Shown here: positions 44,561 through 52,241 of the stretch, one piece after another | Position numbering within the stretch: position 1 is the stretch's first letter | Layout of the letters: the number at the start of each line of letters is the position of its first letter | Source of the DNA: a virus | IMG/VR virus record: IMGVR_UViG_3300012363_000003 | Location: 1-63,410 of that record | DNA: 63,410 nt | Direction: 5' to 3' (one strand) | Translations under genes and position numbers: made by a program | The notes under the pieces: generated by a model | Database searches by the model: none | Told to the model about the DNA's origin: nothing | What the model saw: only the letters and a program-made list of their open reading frames with translations

Positions 44561-44964
44561 TGGAATGAGCACAAAAGCTCACGGGACTGCTGAACGAAAG
44601 CACCACTCAGTTCCAACCTTAACAACCGAATAGAACGGGTCCCAATGGCAAGCAGGGGTCAAGGACAAGTGAGAAGCGGTCGGTACATTCTTCCCTTCGA
44701 TACTTTCGAGAGTCAAGGTCCTAGCGGTTGGGGTTACGGATTGTACAGAGTGGCACACTGAATAGGTGCGCCCGGAATTGCACGCCGATTAGATGCTGCA
44801 CGAACAGGCAAGAATGAACCAGGAAAAACGCGGCATACAGCTACTACCTGGGTTAATGACAAGTAGGCAATCGCTGAACGTCGGTTGGCTATTCTTGCTA
44901 GTTATTGCGTGTGAAATGGCTACTGTGGCCGTTTCATAGGTTATAGCTAAGAAGGGAATTGATA

Positions 44965-45264
44965 ATGGCAACTTTCGGTCACAACGCATCAAACGAACGT
45001 GATACCCTACCAGCCAGCGACTACTACGCCGCTCTTGGCTGTCAGAAACAAGCAATCAAGATCACCCACACCTGTTCTATTTGTGGGTATGGATACAACT
45101 ACAAGCTAGTTGAATTCCAGGCAGATGGAACAATGGAGTGTGGACATCACTGGACAGACCTCGTATGTGGATTGAATGACCTCCCTGAATTTAGTTACAT
45201 CGGTGAGGAAGATTTATGTAGACACACTGCACGGCGCATTGACTGGGCAGCAATTCTCGACTAG
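44965..45264 (+). CDS. Hypothetical Cys-containing protein (99 aa)
   Basis: ATG 44965 after GAAGGGA; contains CSICG. Confidence 0.5.
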   Translation: MATFGHNASNERDTLPASDYYAALGCQKQAIKITHTCSICGYGYNYKLVEFQADGTMECGHHWTDLVCGLNDLPEFSYIGEEDLCRHTARRIDWAAILD

Positions 45265-45269
45265 GTTGG

Positions 45270-45317
45270 CAGATGCTGCGGAACGGCTTTCCAGGCGGTT
45301 CCGTGGTAGTGTGCTAA
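45270..45317 (+). repeat. R1, conserved intergenic RNA hairpin element
   Basis: AGATGCTGC-GGAACGGC-TTTCCAG-GCGGTTCC-GTGGTAGTGTGCTAA. Confidence 0.7.
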
Positions 45318-45359
45318 TTTGGCACTAACACGTCTCTCTAAGAAAAGGAGTTCGCACAC

Positions 45360-45695
45360 ATGTTCCAAGTCACGGTAACTCTGCCTGTCAAGCGTAACGA
45401 CGGGTATGACAATGGAGTAGCAATCACAGCCATTGAGCAAGAGATTGCTAAGACATACGGCGGTTTTACTCATCAGAACGTTTCTGGGGGCTGGTTTGAT
45501 AGTGATACGGGCCTGTTTTATGCTGATGAAAGTACACAAGTTTATACCTTTGTTGAGACTGAAGAGGCCGTGGAAGCGCTTCTGAGGCGGGCCGAGGTGT
45601 GGGCCTTGTGGCTAGAACAGATAGAACTACTTGTCACTATCTCTGAGGTGTCGCCGCATTTCATCAAGGGTGTTCGCAGGCCAATCGCTGCTTGA
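45360..45695 (+). CDS. Hypothetical protein (111 aa)
   Basis: RBS AAAGGAGTTCGCACAC before the ATG. Confidence 0.55.
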   Translation: MFQVTVTLPVKRNDGYDNGVAITAIEQEIAKTYGGFTHQNVSGGWFDSDTGLFYADESTQVYTFVETEEAVEALLRRAEVWALWLEQIELLVTISEVSPHFIKGVRRPIAA

Positions 45696-45743
45696 TCGAT
45701 GCTGCCAACCGGCTCTACAGGCTGGTTGGTAGTAGTGGGTTAA
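45695..45743 (+). repeat. R2 hairpin element
   Basis: GATGCTGC-CAACCGGC-TCTACAG-GCTGGTTG-GTAGTAGTGGGTTAA. Confidence 0.65.
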
Positions 45744-45776
45744 GATAGTTTGACTAGTAAAGAGAGGATACAAGCG

Positions 45777-46049
45777 ATGTCACAAGAGTTTAATAGGACT
45801 AGAGAAAAGCGGGTTGCGCTTCTAACCCTGCTTCGTGAGCTTCGATTGGCCGCGCAAGCCGAGAGAGTGGTTACATACCAGGGCAATCCCGTTTATGGTG
45901 CGCGTTTAAGTACCCTGGGTGACTTTGTGGTAGTCTACTACTCCATTGATGGGAAAAAATACCGCGAGAGTGATGGCGGGGTTTATGCTAGTGGTATTTG
46001 GCCGTTTACACCCGCCTATGAAGCTCTTTTAGGGCAATTAACAAGTTAG
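45777..46049 (+). CDS. Hypothetical protein (90 aa from ATG 45777; the track starts at TTG 45750)
   Basis: RBS AAAGAGAGGA lies 7 nt before ATG 45777. Confidence 0.5.
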   Translation: MSQEFNRTREKRVALLTLLRELRLAAQAERVVTYQGNPVYGARLSTLGDFVVVYYSIDGKKYRESDGGVYASGIWPFTPAYEALLGQLTS

Positions 46050-46097
46050 TAGATGCTGCGAACGGGCCTGTCAAGCCTGTTCGTGGTAGTGTGCTAA
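46050..46097 (+). repeat. R3 hairpin element
   Basis: TAGATGCTGC-GAACGGGC-CTGTCAA-GCCTGTTC-GTGGTAGTGTGCTAA. Confidence 0.7.
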
Positions 46098-46155
46098 TTT
46101 GGTACAGTATCTAAATCAAGGGTGGATGTGTGTTCAGCAATAAAAGGAGTTTGCG

Positions 46156-46863
46156 ATGGTTGCTATAACTAAGCTTAGACCGCGAGTGACGGCTAGGCCC
46201 GCTTCCCAGGTCACTCTAGAGCAAACGCAAAAGGCAATGCAAGAGCTTATAATTCCGGGCAAGGTACCGAACGGTAAGCTTGCATTCTACTTTGCTATCT
46301 GTACAATCCGTACCAGGCTTACTGTAACGGGTCGGTATGCAAAAGTCCTGCGTGGTTATGCCGATAATCCCTTGCCAGTCAACCACGATGAGTTACGGGC
46401 AAAGCTCCCAGGCATTATGGAAACGCAACTAGAGGCATTGTACGCGGTTGAAAACCTCTGGAACGTACGTATTATCCATTTTAATACGGGCAGCACGTTC
46501 CAAGAGCAGTTTATATGGCGCGAAACCATGACCAGTGCAATCCCAGGGATGGGACATAAGACTGTGAGCTTTGCTTTGCACATATTCAATCCTGAGAGGT
46601 GCTTACTGCTCACGGTTGACTGCTGGCATATACGGCGCATACGCGGTCTAGGAACAAACGAGTCTTTACCGCGCAAGAAGTACCTAGACATAGAGCAGGT
46701 CCTACGGGAAGATATCACTTGCCTCGCAGAACAAGAAGGACAAGGTTTCTGGACAGTGACATACGCCGCTTGTCTCTGGGAACGTACCAGGCAAGGTTAT
46801 GGCGCGTCTGAATGCTGCGACGGTGAGTACCAGTCACATGCCGAGTTATCCTGCTACCTTTAG
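46156..46863 (+). CDS. HhH-GPD (EndoIII-like) DNA glycosylase superfamily protein (235 aa)
   Basis: IPGMGHKTVSFALHIFNPERCLLLTVDCWHIRRIRGLG matches the helix-hairpin-helix LPGVGxKTA ... VDTHVxR signature, with Lys and Asp in place. Confidence 0.55.
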   Translation: MVAITKLRPRVTARPASQVTLEQTQKAMQELIIPGKVPNGKLAFYFAICTIRTRLTVTGRYAKVLRGYADNPLPVNHDELRAKLPGIMETQLEALYAVENLWNVRIIHFNTGSTFQEQFIWRETMTSAIPGMGHKTVSFALHIFNPERCLLLTVDCWHIRRIRGLGTNESLPRKKYLDIEQVLREDITCLAEQEGQGFWTVTYAACLWERTRQGYGASECCDGEYQSHAELSCYL

Positions 46864-46886
46864 CGTTGCGTAAGCCAAGGGTCTGA

Positions 46887-46934
46887 TAGATGCTGTGAAC
46901 AGGCTTCATAGGCTTGTTCATGGTAGTGTGTCAA
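46887..46934 (+). repeat. R4 hairpin element
   Basis: TAGATGCTGT-GAACAGGC-TTCATAG-GCTTGTTC-ATGGTAGTGTGTCAA. Confidence 0.7.
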
Positions 46935-46964
46935 GGCGTTTATCTAGTCAAGAGAAGGAGCATC

Positions 46965-47102
46965 ATGTATACGCTTATCGTTACCAGTGTCAAGTATCAC
47001 TCAACCAGGTGCTACTACGGTACACTGCAAGAGTTACTAGCGGTTATTGCTCAGTTTAATGCAGCAGGACAGTACACCTTTATCATAACCAAGAATGTCT
47101 GA
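46965..47102 (+). CDS. Small protein (45 aa)
   Basis: RBS AGAAGGAG before ATG 46965. Confidence 0.4.
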   Translation: MYTLIVTSVKYHSTRCYYGTLQELLAVIAQFNAAGQYTFIITKNV

Positions 47103-47150
47103 TAGATGCTGCCGACGGGCTTCAGAGGCTTGTCGGTGGTAGTGTGTTAG
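47103..47150 (+). repeat. R5 hairpin element
   Basis: TAGATGCTGC-CGACGGGC-TTCAGAG-GCTTGTCG-GTGGTAGTGTGTTAG. Confidence 0.7.
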
Positions 47151-47191
47151 ATGTTGAATAGTTCAAGAGAGAGAGAGGAAGGGAACAAGCA

Positions 47192-47353
47192 ATGAAAAAC
47201 AGAAAGTGTGAGAAGTGCCACAAGCGGGCAATCTGGGAAAGCGTAACGGGGTTGTGTGAGCCTTGTTACGACAAGTTGAGTGAGTCTTGTGCTCAGGTCA
47301 AAACACTAAAAATGGATAATAAGACCTGGTGCAAGATTGTAACAGGAAAGTAG
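47192..47353 (+). CDS. Zinc-ribbon mini-protein (53 aa), below the track cutoff
   Basis: MKNRKCEKCH...LCEPCY. RBS-like GAGAGGAAGGGA upstream. The stop TAG overlaps the tRNA-like minihelix. Confidence 0.45.
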   Translation: MKNRKCEKCHKRAIWESVTGLCEPCYDKLSESCAQVKTLKMDNKTWCKIVTGK

Positions 47354-47394
47354 CTAGAATGGCACTCTGCCCGGTTCGAGTCCGGGTCTAGCTC
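47352..47394 (+). ncRNA. tRNA-like minihelix (acceptor stem plus T arm only)
   Basis: AGCTAGA-ATGGCACTCTG-CCCGG-TTCGAGT-CCGGG-TCTAGCT-C. It has a perfect 7-bp acceptor-type stem and a canonical T loop but no D or anticodon arm. Confidence 0.5.
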
Positions 47395-47461
47395 TTTGGT
47401 ATGTTGTCAAATCTTTAGGCTGAGGCCAACAGGCTGAAGCTAGGCAGGAAGGGAGTTTACA

Positions 47462-47671
47462 TTGAGCGACAATCAATCATGGTATGACTACAAGAATGAG
47501 CAAGAGGCAGAGCGGTATCCAAGCAAGCAAGCCCGTCTGAATGAGGCACTCGCTAACATCGGCAAGTACGATGAGCTTATGCAACGTGCGGATACTCCTA
47601 GGCAACGCGCAACCTACAAGGGACTGCTCAGGCGTTGGCAGGGCACATTTGAAGCAATCCGGGACGAGTAG
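47462..47671 (+). CDS. Hypothetical protein (69 aa, TTG start)
   Basis: RBS AGGGAGTTTACA before the TTG. Confidence 0.45.
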   Translation: MSDNQSWYDYKNEQEAERYPSKQARLNEALANIGKYDELMQRADTPRQRATYKGLLRRWQGTFEAIRDE

Positions 47672-47725
47672 TCGAGATCAGCCGATGGGTCAGGTGCTTG
47701 TCGGTTGTCATGGGCTATTAGTTAA
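47672..47725 (+). repeat. R6, degenerate hairpin element
   Basis: GAGATCAGC-CGATGGG-TCAGGTG-CTTGTCGG followed by TTGTCATGGGCTATTAG. Confidence 0.4.
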
Positions 47726-47747
47726 CTAGATCAAGGAAGGAAGCATC

Positions 47748-48047
47748 ATGAAACAGTTTGTTATCGTTACCGCTAGTGAGCAGGACTCGCTAGATGTGCG
47801 TGTGAGCTTTAGTGAGTATGAGGACCTGACCGCAGCATACAAGGACAATGGCCTGGACGCAGACGGGGAGACAGGGTATGGCATCGAGTTCTGTGATGAC
47901 CCAAGCCAACACGCCCCAGGACAATTAGAGTGTGATTATTGTAGTAAAAGTGTGGTGGAAGAACGCAGCGGGTATAGCACCACTATAGTGCTTGAGGTGC
48001 CACCAATCGGCTCCAGAGGTGAGTCGGCATACTTCACCAACGGATAG
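47748..48047 (+). CDS. Hypothetical acidic protein (99 aa)
   Basis: RBS AAGGAAGGAAG upstream. Confidence 0.5.
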   Translation: MKQFVIVTASEQDSLDVRVSFSEYEDLTAAYKDNGLDADGETGYGIEFCDDPSQHAPGQLECDYCSKSVVEERSGYSTTIVLEVPPIGSRGESAYFTNG

Positions 48048-48053
48048 GCTTAG

Positions 48054-48101
48054 TAGATGCTGTAACCCTGCTCCATAGGCGGGGTTATAGTAGTGTGCTA
48101 A
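48054..48101 (+). repeat. R7 hairpin element
   Basis: TAGATGCTGT-AACCCTGC-TCCATAG-GCGGGGTT-ATAGTAGTGTGCTAA. Confidence 0.7.
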
Positions 48102-48130
48102 GTTGGACCAAGGAAAGAAGGGAGTTTGCA

Positions 48131-48244
48131 TTGTTGAGCTTAAATTGGGACGGCTATATTGGTTTCGTACGTTGTCTTTATCGGCGTATCACGTTCAATC
48201 GTCGCTCTCTCAAGTCTGTAGCCATGTATATGTGTTGCAAGTAG
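48131..48244 (+). CDS. Small basic protein (37 aa, TTG start), below the track cutoff
   Basis: The conserved RBS context AGGGAGTTTGCA precedes the TTG. Confidence 0.3.
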   Translation: MLSLNWDGYIGFVRCLYRRITFNRRSLKSVAMYMCCK

Positions 48245-48257
48245 GAAGGAGCAGGCA

Positions 48258-48470
48258 ATGGCAACGTTTCTAGTAACCAAGACAGATGAGCTTGATGGTA
48301 TCCGCACAGCCACGGTCGCAATACAAGCAGGCAGTGTGGACGAAGCATTGGAGCGGGCTGCGAGGTACTTCGAGGACTGGAACCTTAGTGCAGACTACAC
48401 AGAAACGGCAATTGTAGAGCTTCCAGAGACGTTTGAGGATGTGCGGTACATCACAAGCTACAGCAGATAG
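48258..48470 (+). CDS. Hypothetical protein (70 aa)
   Basis: RBS GGAAGGAGCAGGCA before the ATG. Confidence 0.5.
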   Translation: MATFLVTKTDELDGIRTATVAIQAGSVDEALERAARYFEDWNLSADYTETAIVELPETFEDVRYITSYSR

Positions 48471-48479
48471 GAGCACACT

Positions 48480-48776
48480 ATGACCAACAACAGATACCCT
48501 GACCACACGCAGGCGGGCCAGGTCCTAGACGCCAACCATGGCATAGAGCATATCCGGGAAGGTAGCCGGGACGCATACTATCCCTGGTTTCGCAATGCCG
48601 AACACAAGGCGATCTACTACCTGACAGATGAGAACCTGCCCTGGACGCGAGTGCGTAAAACCAGTTACGGCGAGGCATACAACTTCCTAGCATATCAGCG
48701 CGGGCTAACGCAGCATCTACTGCCTTACCCGATAGTTCAAGGCATGGAGCTTGAAGAGGAGAATAGGAATGGATGA
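48480..48776 (+). CDS. Hypothetical protein (98 aa)
   Basis: ORF in the array. Confidence 0.5.
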   Translation: MTNNRYPDHTQAGQVLDANHGIEHIREGSRDAYYPWFRNAEHKAIYYLTDENLPWTRVRKTSYGEAYNFLAYQRGLTQHLLPYPIVQGMELEEENRNG

Positions 48777-49074
48777 GTTTAAGATACCAGAGACCGCTGT
48801 AGAGATGGCTGGGGCATTCCCTTGGCTGAAAAAGAATATTGATGATCTTAACCGGGAGGAAGCGATGCCACCATTTAACATCGACACTGTGTATGCCTTT
48901 GAAGCCTGGGAGGAGCCTGGGGGTATGATCGACCTCACTATCAGGACGAGTGATGGTGAGGTGCAAGGGCTTATCACCAAGGACGAGGCGGTTGACCTTG
49001 TTGCCCGGCTGTTGGAGCACTACCCGCAGTGGAAGCGAGAGATAGGCTCACCACAGCGCTCCATGACCGAATAG
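48769..49074 (+). CDS. Hypothetical protein (101 aa)
   Basis: ATG 48769 overlaps the previous stop. Confidence 0.5.
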   Translation: MDEFKIPETAVEMAGAFPWLKKNIDDLNREEAMPPFNIDTVYAFEAWEEPGGMIDLTIRTSDGEVQGLITKDEAVDLVARLLEHYPQWKREIGSPQRSMTE

Positions 49075-49078
49075 TTTC

Positions 49079-49125
49079 GTAGACGCCAGCACAGGGGCCA
49101 GCTACTCCTGTGTTGCAGCCTGTCA
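49079..49125 (+). repeat. R8, divergent hairpin element
   Basis: GTAGACGCCAG-CACAGGGG-CCAGCTA-CTCCTGTG-TTGCAGCC. Confidence 0.4.
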
Positions 49126-49187
49126 AGCGAGACGGGAAGAGAAGAAACCGTTTAATATGGCTAGCAAGCATTAAGGAGTTTGCACCG

Positions 49188-50048
49188 ATGAAGACAAGAA
49201 ACACCGTTCAGAACTACGACGGCCTATCAGAACAAGAGATGCGCTACTTTGTCCCGGCGATCTACGCTGAGCAGCCTCACGAAGACCGCTCTGACAAGTA
49301 TGCCTTCTTCCCCACAGGACGCTCTATCCTGCCTCCACTGGCTGAAGTTGGGCTTGTACCCGTCATGGCGATGCAACAGAAGTCCCTCCGACCAGGACAG
49401 CAGGGCTTCGGCAAACATCTTGTTGAGCTTTGCCCGCGTAGTGAGCTTGGGTATCGAAGAGATGGTGGGGCAACCCGCATCATCATCGTGAACAGCCACA
49501 ATGCATCGTGCTCCTACGTCATCATGGCTGGTCGTATCCGCTTCATCTGCGAGAACGGCGTCATATCGGGGGACATCGACAGCACCCTGCGAATACCCCA
49601 CAAAGGAAACGTGGTGGAGAACGTAGTAGCTGCCTCGATCAAGGTTACATTGCTGGCAGGGAAGCTGGCAGAGGAGCTAGAGTCATGGAAGCACATTATG
49701 CTCTCCCAGGCCGAAAAGCTCATCTTCGCCAGGTACGCCATTGCAGAGCGTTTCGACCAAGTAGTAGATGCCGACCCCCAGCCAGCAGCAGTGACCCTCT
49801 ACCGACCAGAGGACGCTATTCGCCCGCAGCGCCAGCAAGACTACGGTGACTCGCTGTATAAGACCTATCAAGTGGTGGAAGAGCGTCTCACCAAGGGCGG
49901 ATACAACGGCATAGTTGGGACCAGCCGTGACGATCATGGGAACCGCCAACGCCGACGCGCACGGGCATTAGGTAGCATAGACGGTAAGGTGAGCTTTGAG
50001 CAACGGCTGCACCTGCTGGCTCGTGAGATGGCCGCGCAGAAAGGGTAA
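49188..50048 (+). CDS. DUF932-like phage/plasmid protein (286 aa)
   Basis: IIIVNSHNASCSYVIMAGRIRFICENGVISGD resembles the DUF932 core. RBS TAAGGAGTTTGCACCG upstream. Confidence 0.5.
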   Translation: MKTRNTVQNYDGLSEQEMRYFVPAIYAEQPHEDRSDKYAFFPTGRSILPPLAEVGLVPVMAMQQKSLRPGQQGFGKHLVELCPRSELGYRRDGGATRIIIVNSHNASCSYVIMAGRIRFICENGVISGDIDSTLRIPHKGNVVENVVAASIKVTLLAGKLAEELESWKHIMLSQAEKLIFARYAIAERFDQVVDADPQPAAVTLYRPEDAIRPQRQQDYGDSLYKTYQVVEERLTKGGYNGIVGTSRDDHGNRQRRRARALGSIDGKVSFEQRLHLLAREMAAQKG

Positions 50049-50259
50049 TCCCCACCCGGCATATTAATCGGTTTCGTCCCATTCATTGAGTCTGGAGGTG
50101 TGACATGTAATGGTGCTTGAGGCCACACAAATAGCCACCCACATAACCCCATAGCGTTGGAACTTCAGCGTAAACCTTGGGTGGCTCATACTTCCCTGCT
50201 CCACACCACGGCGTCGTGCTTAGGGTGAGGCAGAGCAGTGTGAGATAGGAGTTCGCACA

Positions 50260-50532
50260 ATGGCACGAGAGAGAAAAGATGGTCGTTTGCAGGTGCTTAT
50301 TGAAGAGGTGCGTAGTGAGTCATTTGTAGAAGGGTATCACGCGACCGATGCGGAGTGCCTGGGCCTTATTCTGGCATGGCACTTTAACTGGGGTGGCCTG
50401 GAAATACTCAGGACCGCGTATGCTGCGCTTGAGGATAGCAACTGGCACACGGAGAACGAGACCATCCAGGCGTTGATTGACAAGGCGCAGGGTCCAGGCA
50501 AGAACCCAAAGACAGGAAGGGGGCCGCGATGA
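50260..50532 (+). CDS. Hypothetical protein (90 aa)
   Basis: RBS TAGGAGTTCGCACA before the ATG. Confidence 0.5.
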   Translation: MARERKDGRLQVLIEEVRSESFVEGYHATDAECLGLILAWHFNWGGLEILRTAYAALEDSNWHTENETIQALIDKAQGPGKNPKTGRGPR

Positions 50533-50774
50533 GTGGTCGTTGGTACTGCATCAGGAAGGTAGGCCAGGGCACAGTCCGTACTGATGAGATTATCAAGCAA
50601 CACCAGGAAGGATATGTCGCTCAGTGGATACCCTTGGGCAGAGCATACGGCAAGGCAGACCAGTGGAGCACATACCCCGACAGCAAGCCTGGGACCTGGA
50701 CTGCGGCGTATGCTTGTCTGGAGCGCCACGCCAACGCAGCAGATTTGGAAGTTAACTTTGTAGGGACATTCTGA
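50529..50774 (+). CDS. Hypothetical protein (81 aa)
   Basis: ATGA overlap with the previous stop. Confidence 0.5.
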   Translation: MSGRWYCIRKVGQGTVRTDEIIKQHQEGYVAQWIPLGRAYGKADQWSTYPDSKPGTWTAAYACLERHANAADLEVNFVGTF

Positions 50775-50786
50775 GAGGAGCAACAC

Positions 50787-50927
50787 ATGGGGTATAGACT
50801 TTGGGGGTTTTGCGCAGCCTGTGCTGTGTGCGAAAGGGAGCACAAGAAGTGGAAGAAGAGGTACAACATACGCACAATCACCGTGACTTGCAAGGTATGC
50901 GGGCACAAACATAGCTTCTCAAGATAG
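50787..50927 (+). CDS. Zinc-ribbon mini-protein (46 aa), below the track cutoff
   Basis: CAACAVC...CKVCGH; RBS GAGAGGAG upstream. Confidence 0.4.
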   Translation: MGYRLWGFCAACAVCEREHKKWKKRYNIRTITVTCKVCGHKHSFSR

Positions 50928-50938
50928 GAGGCAAGCTG

Positions 50939-51145
50939 ATGGAGCGCGGTGTCTTATCACAACAGTCACTATGGAGTAAGCAATGGAAACACTGGCCTGT
51001 ATGGAGGCACAAGCCGGGACAACCGTGGAACTACTACAAAGAGCGCGGAAAGGTGCGTTGGTTTATCACTGAGAACGCCGCGCTCAACTATATCGAAAGG
51101 AAGTCTCGGGCTGTCTCGACTCTGAGGGAGGCAAGCAATGGATGA
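50939..51145 (+). CDS. Hypothetical protein (68 aa)
   Basis: ORF in the array. Confidence 0.45.
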   Translation: MERGVLSQQSLWSKQWKHWPVWRHKPGQPWNYYKERGKVRWFITENAALNYIERKSRAVSTLREASNG

Positions 51146-51746
51146 GGTTATTCGCCCGAAGTCAGTCTTTGTAATGCATGATCGTAGCCTGGAAGAGTAT
51201 ATACGTTGGCTGAACAGTCAGGCCAGGGAAGAGTTAACCGCCTTCCTCGGCATCACTGAAGTAGCTGAGATAGAGAAGGAGAAAGCAATGAACACACCAA
51301 TGGATGAGCTTGTACAACAGTTAGAGAGAAATACCACGAAGCAGATCAGGCCAGGCGACTCGGTACGTGATGCAGTGACGAAGGAGTACCTGGGAAAGGT
51401 GTTGCGGGTAGAGACCGTCAACTATGCCCACATCCAGACCAAGGACGGTGATGGAGCGCGGGTGAACATGGCACGTATCGAGACAGCACCCAAGCTGACC
51501 CCGGAGCAGGCTTGGTCGCAATTGCCACTGGACATCGTGAAGGAACTGGCTGCACTCAAGGAAAGCCCATTTAACCATTCGTGGGGAGGGGCCACGAGCC
51601 TTTATGCATCGGGCTATACTGACCTGCGGCGTCAATGCTACGTCTTGCTCGGTGGTGCAGGAGTGAAAGTTACGGAGGAGGTCAAGGGGCGCGTTCGGAG
51701 CATCATCGAGACCTTAGCCGGGCACCTGGGCATTCGCATCGTCTGA
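51138..51746 (+). CDS. Hypothetical protein (202 aa)
   Basis: ORF in the array. Confidence 0.55.
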   Translation: MDEVIRPKSVFVMHDRSLEEYIRWLNSQAREELTAFLGITEVAEIEKEKAMNTPMDELVQQLERNTTKQIRPGDSVRDAVTKEYLGKVLRVETVNYAHIQTKDGDGARVNMARIETAPKLTPEQAWSQLPLDIVKELAALKESPFNHSWGGATSLYASGYTDLRRQCYVLLGGAGVKVTEEVKGRVRSIIETLAGHLGIRIV

Positions 51747-51755
51747 GGAGGCAAC

Positions 51756-51944
51756 ATGCAGAAAGAAACAGACAGCATAGTGGTTAAAGGTGACAAGCGT
51801 GTTCGCAGGCATGTCTTTGCAGGCAGATGGTTGGGAAGCTATCGACCGAGCAAGCGACAACTACTGCGGCCACGATCTATCAAGGAGAGGTGGGAGGCCC
51901 TGGACAGGATAACAGCGACTAAATTTTATGGGAGGTACATATAA
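51756..51944 (+). CDS. Hypothetical basic protein (62 aa)
   Basis: RBS GAGGAGGCAAC before the ATG. Confidence 0.45.
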   Translation: MQKETDSIVVKGDKRVRRHVFAGRWLGSYRPSKRQLLRPRSIKERWEALDRITATKFYGRYI

Positions 51945-52034
51945 GCCCCAAATATATACAAATGTCGATACTCTTTGGTGTATACTTAGGCTAGGGAGAC
52001 GTGCCTAGTACACATCAGAGGGAGTCAAAGGGAG

Positions 52035-52241
52035 ATGTTTTACCTTGTCGAGGGCTACAGGCGGGTGCGAGGAAGGAAGCTGGCTGAGGAACCAGTACGC
52101 ACCTCCGTCGTGGCCGTACAGCAGCTAACCAGCACGATTGTAGCCTTCTTGAAAGAGGTAGATGTCGTGCAAACGGAACCAACCAGCGAGGAAGTCTTTG
52201 CTGCGTTCTACCAGGAGAGGAGGAAGAAAGCCAATGAATGA
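52035..52241 (+). CDS. Hypothetical protein (68 aa)
   Basis: RBS AAAGGGAG before the ATG. Confidence 0.45.
   Translation: MFYLVEGYRRVRGRKLAEEPVRTSVVAVQQLTSTIVAFLKEVDVVQTEPTSEEVFAAFYQERRKKANE

Larger units (their letters stand above)
42681..44958. other. ORF-poor divergent control region (about 2.3 kb)
   Basis: No convincing ORF of 60 aa or more in six frames. It contains promoter-like sites, an AT-rich block (43441-43560), motif copies and inverted repeats. Confidence 0.7.

Noticed and set aside
42681-48300. Stop-codon reassignment or a suppressor tRNA might explain the ORF-poor region and the many short ORFs.
   Set aside because: All large diagnostic genes (polymerase, terminase, portal, tape measure, integrase) are intact in the standard code. 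The only canonical tRNA reads Pro. The short early genes have normal RBS and stop coupling.
45270-49125. The repeated hairpin elements R1-R8 might be a CRISPR array or integron attC sites.
   Set aside because: The repeats are separated by whole genes of variable length (0.2-1 kb), each with its own RBS, not by uniform 30-40-nt spacers. No cas genes are present. The conserved flanks are not the inverse-complement R''/R' cores of attC sites, and the tyrosine recombinase lies 5 kb away next to its own candidate att site.
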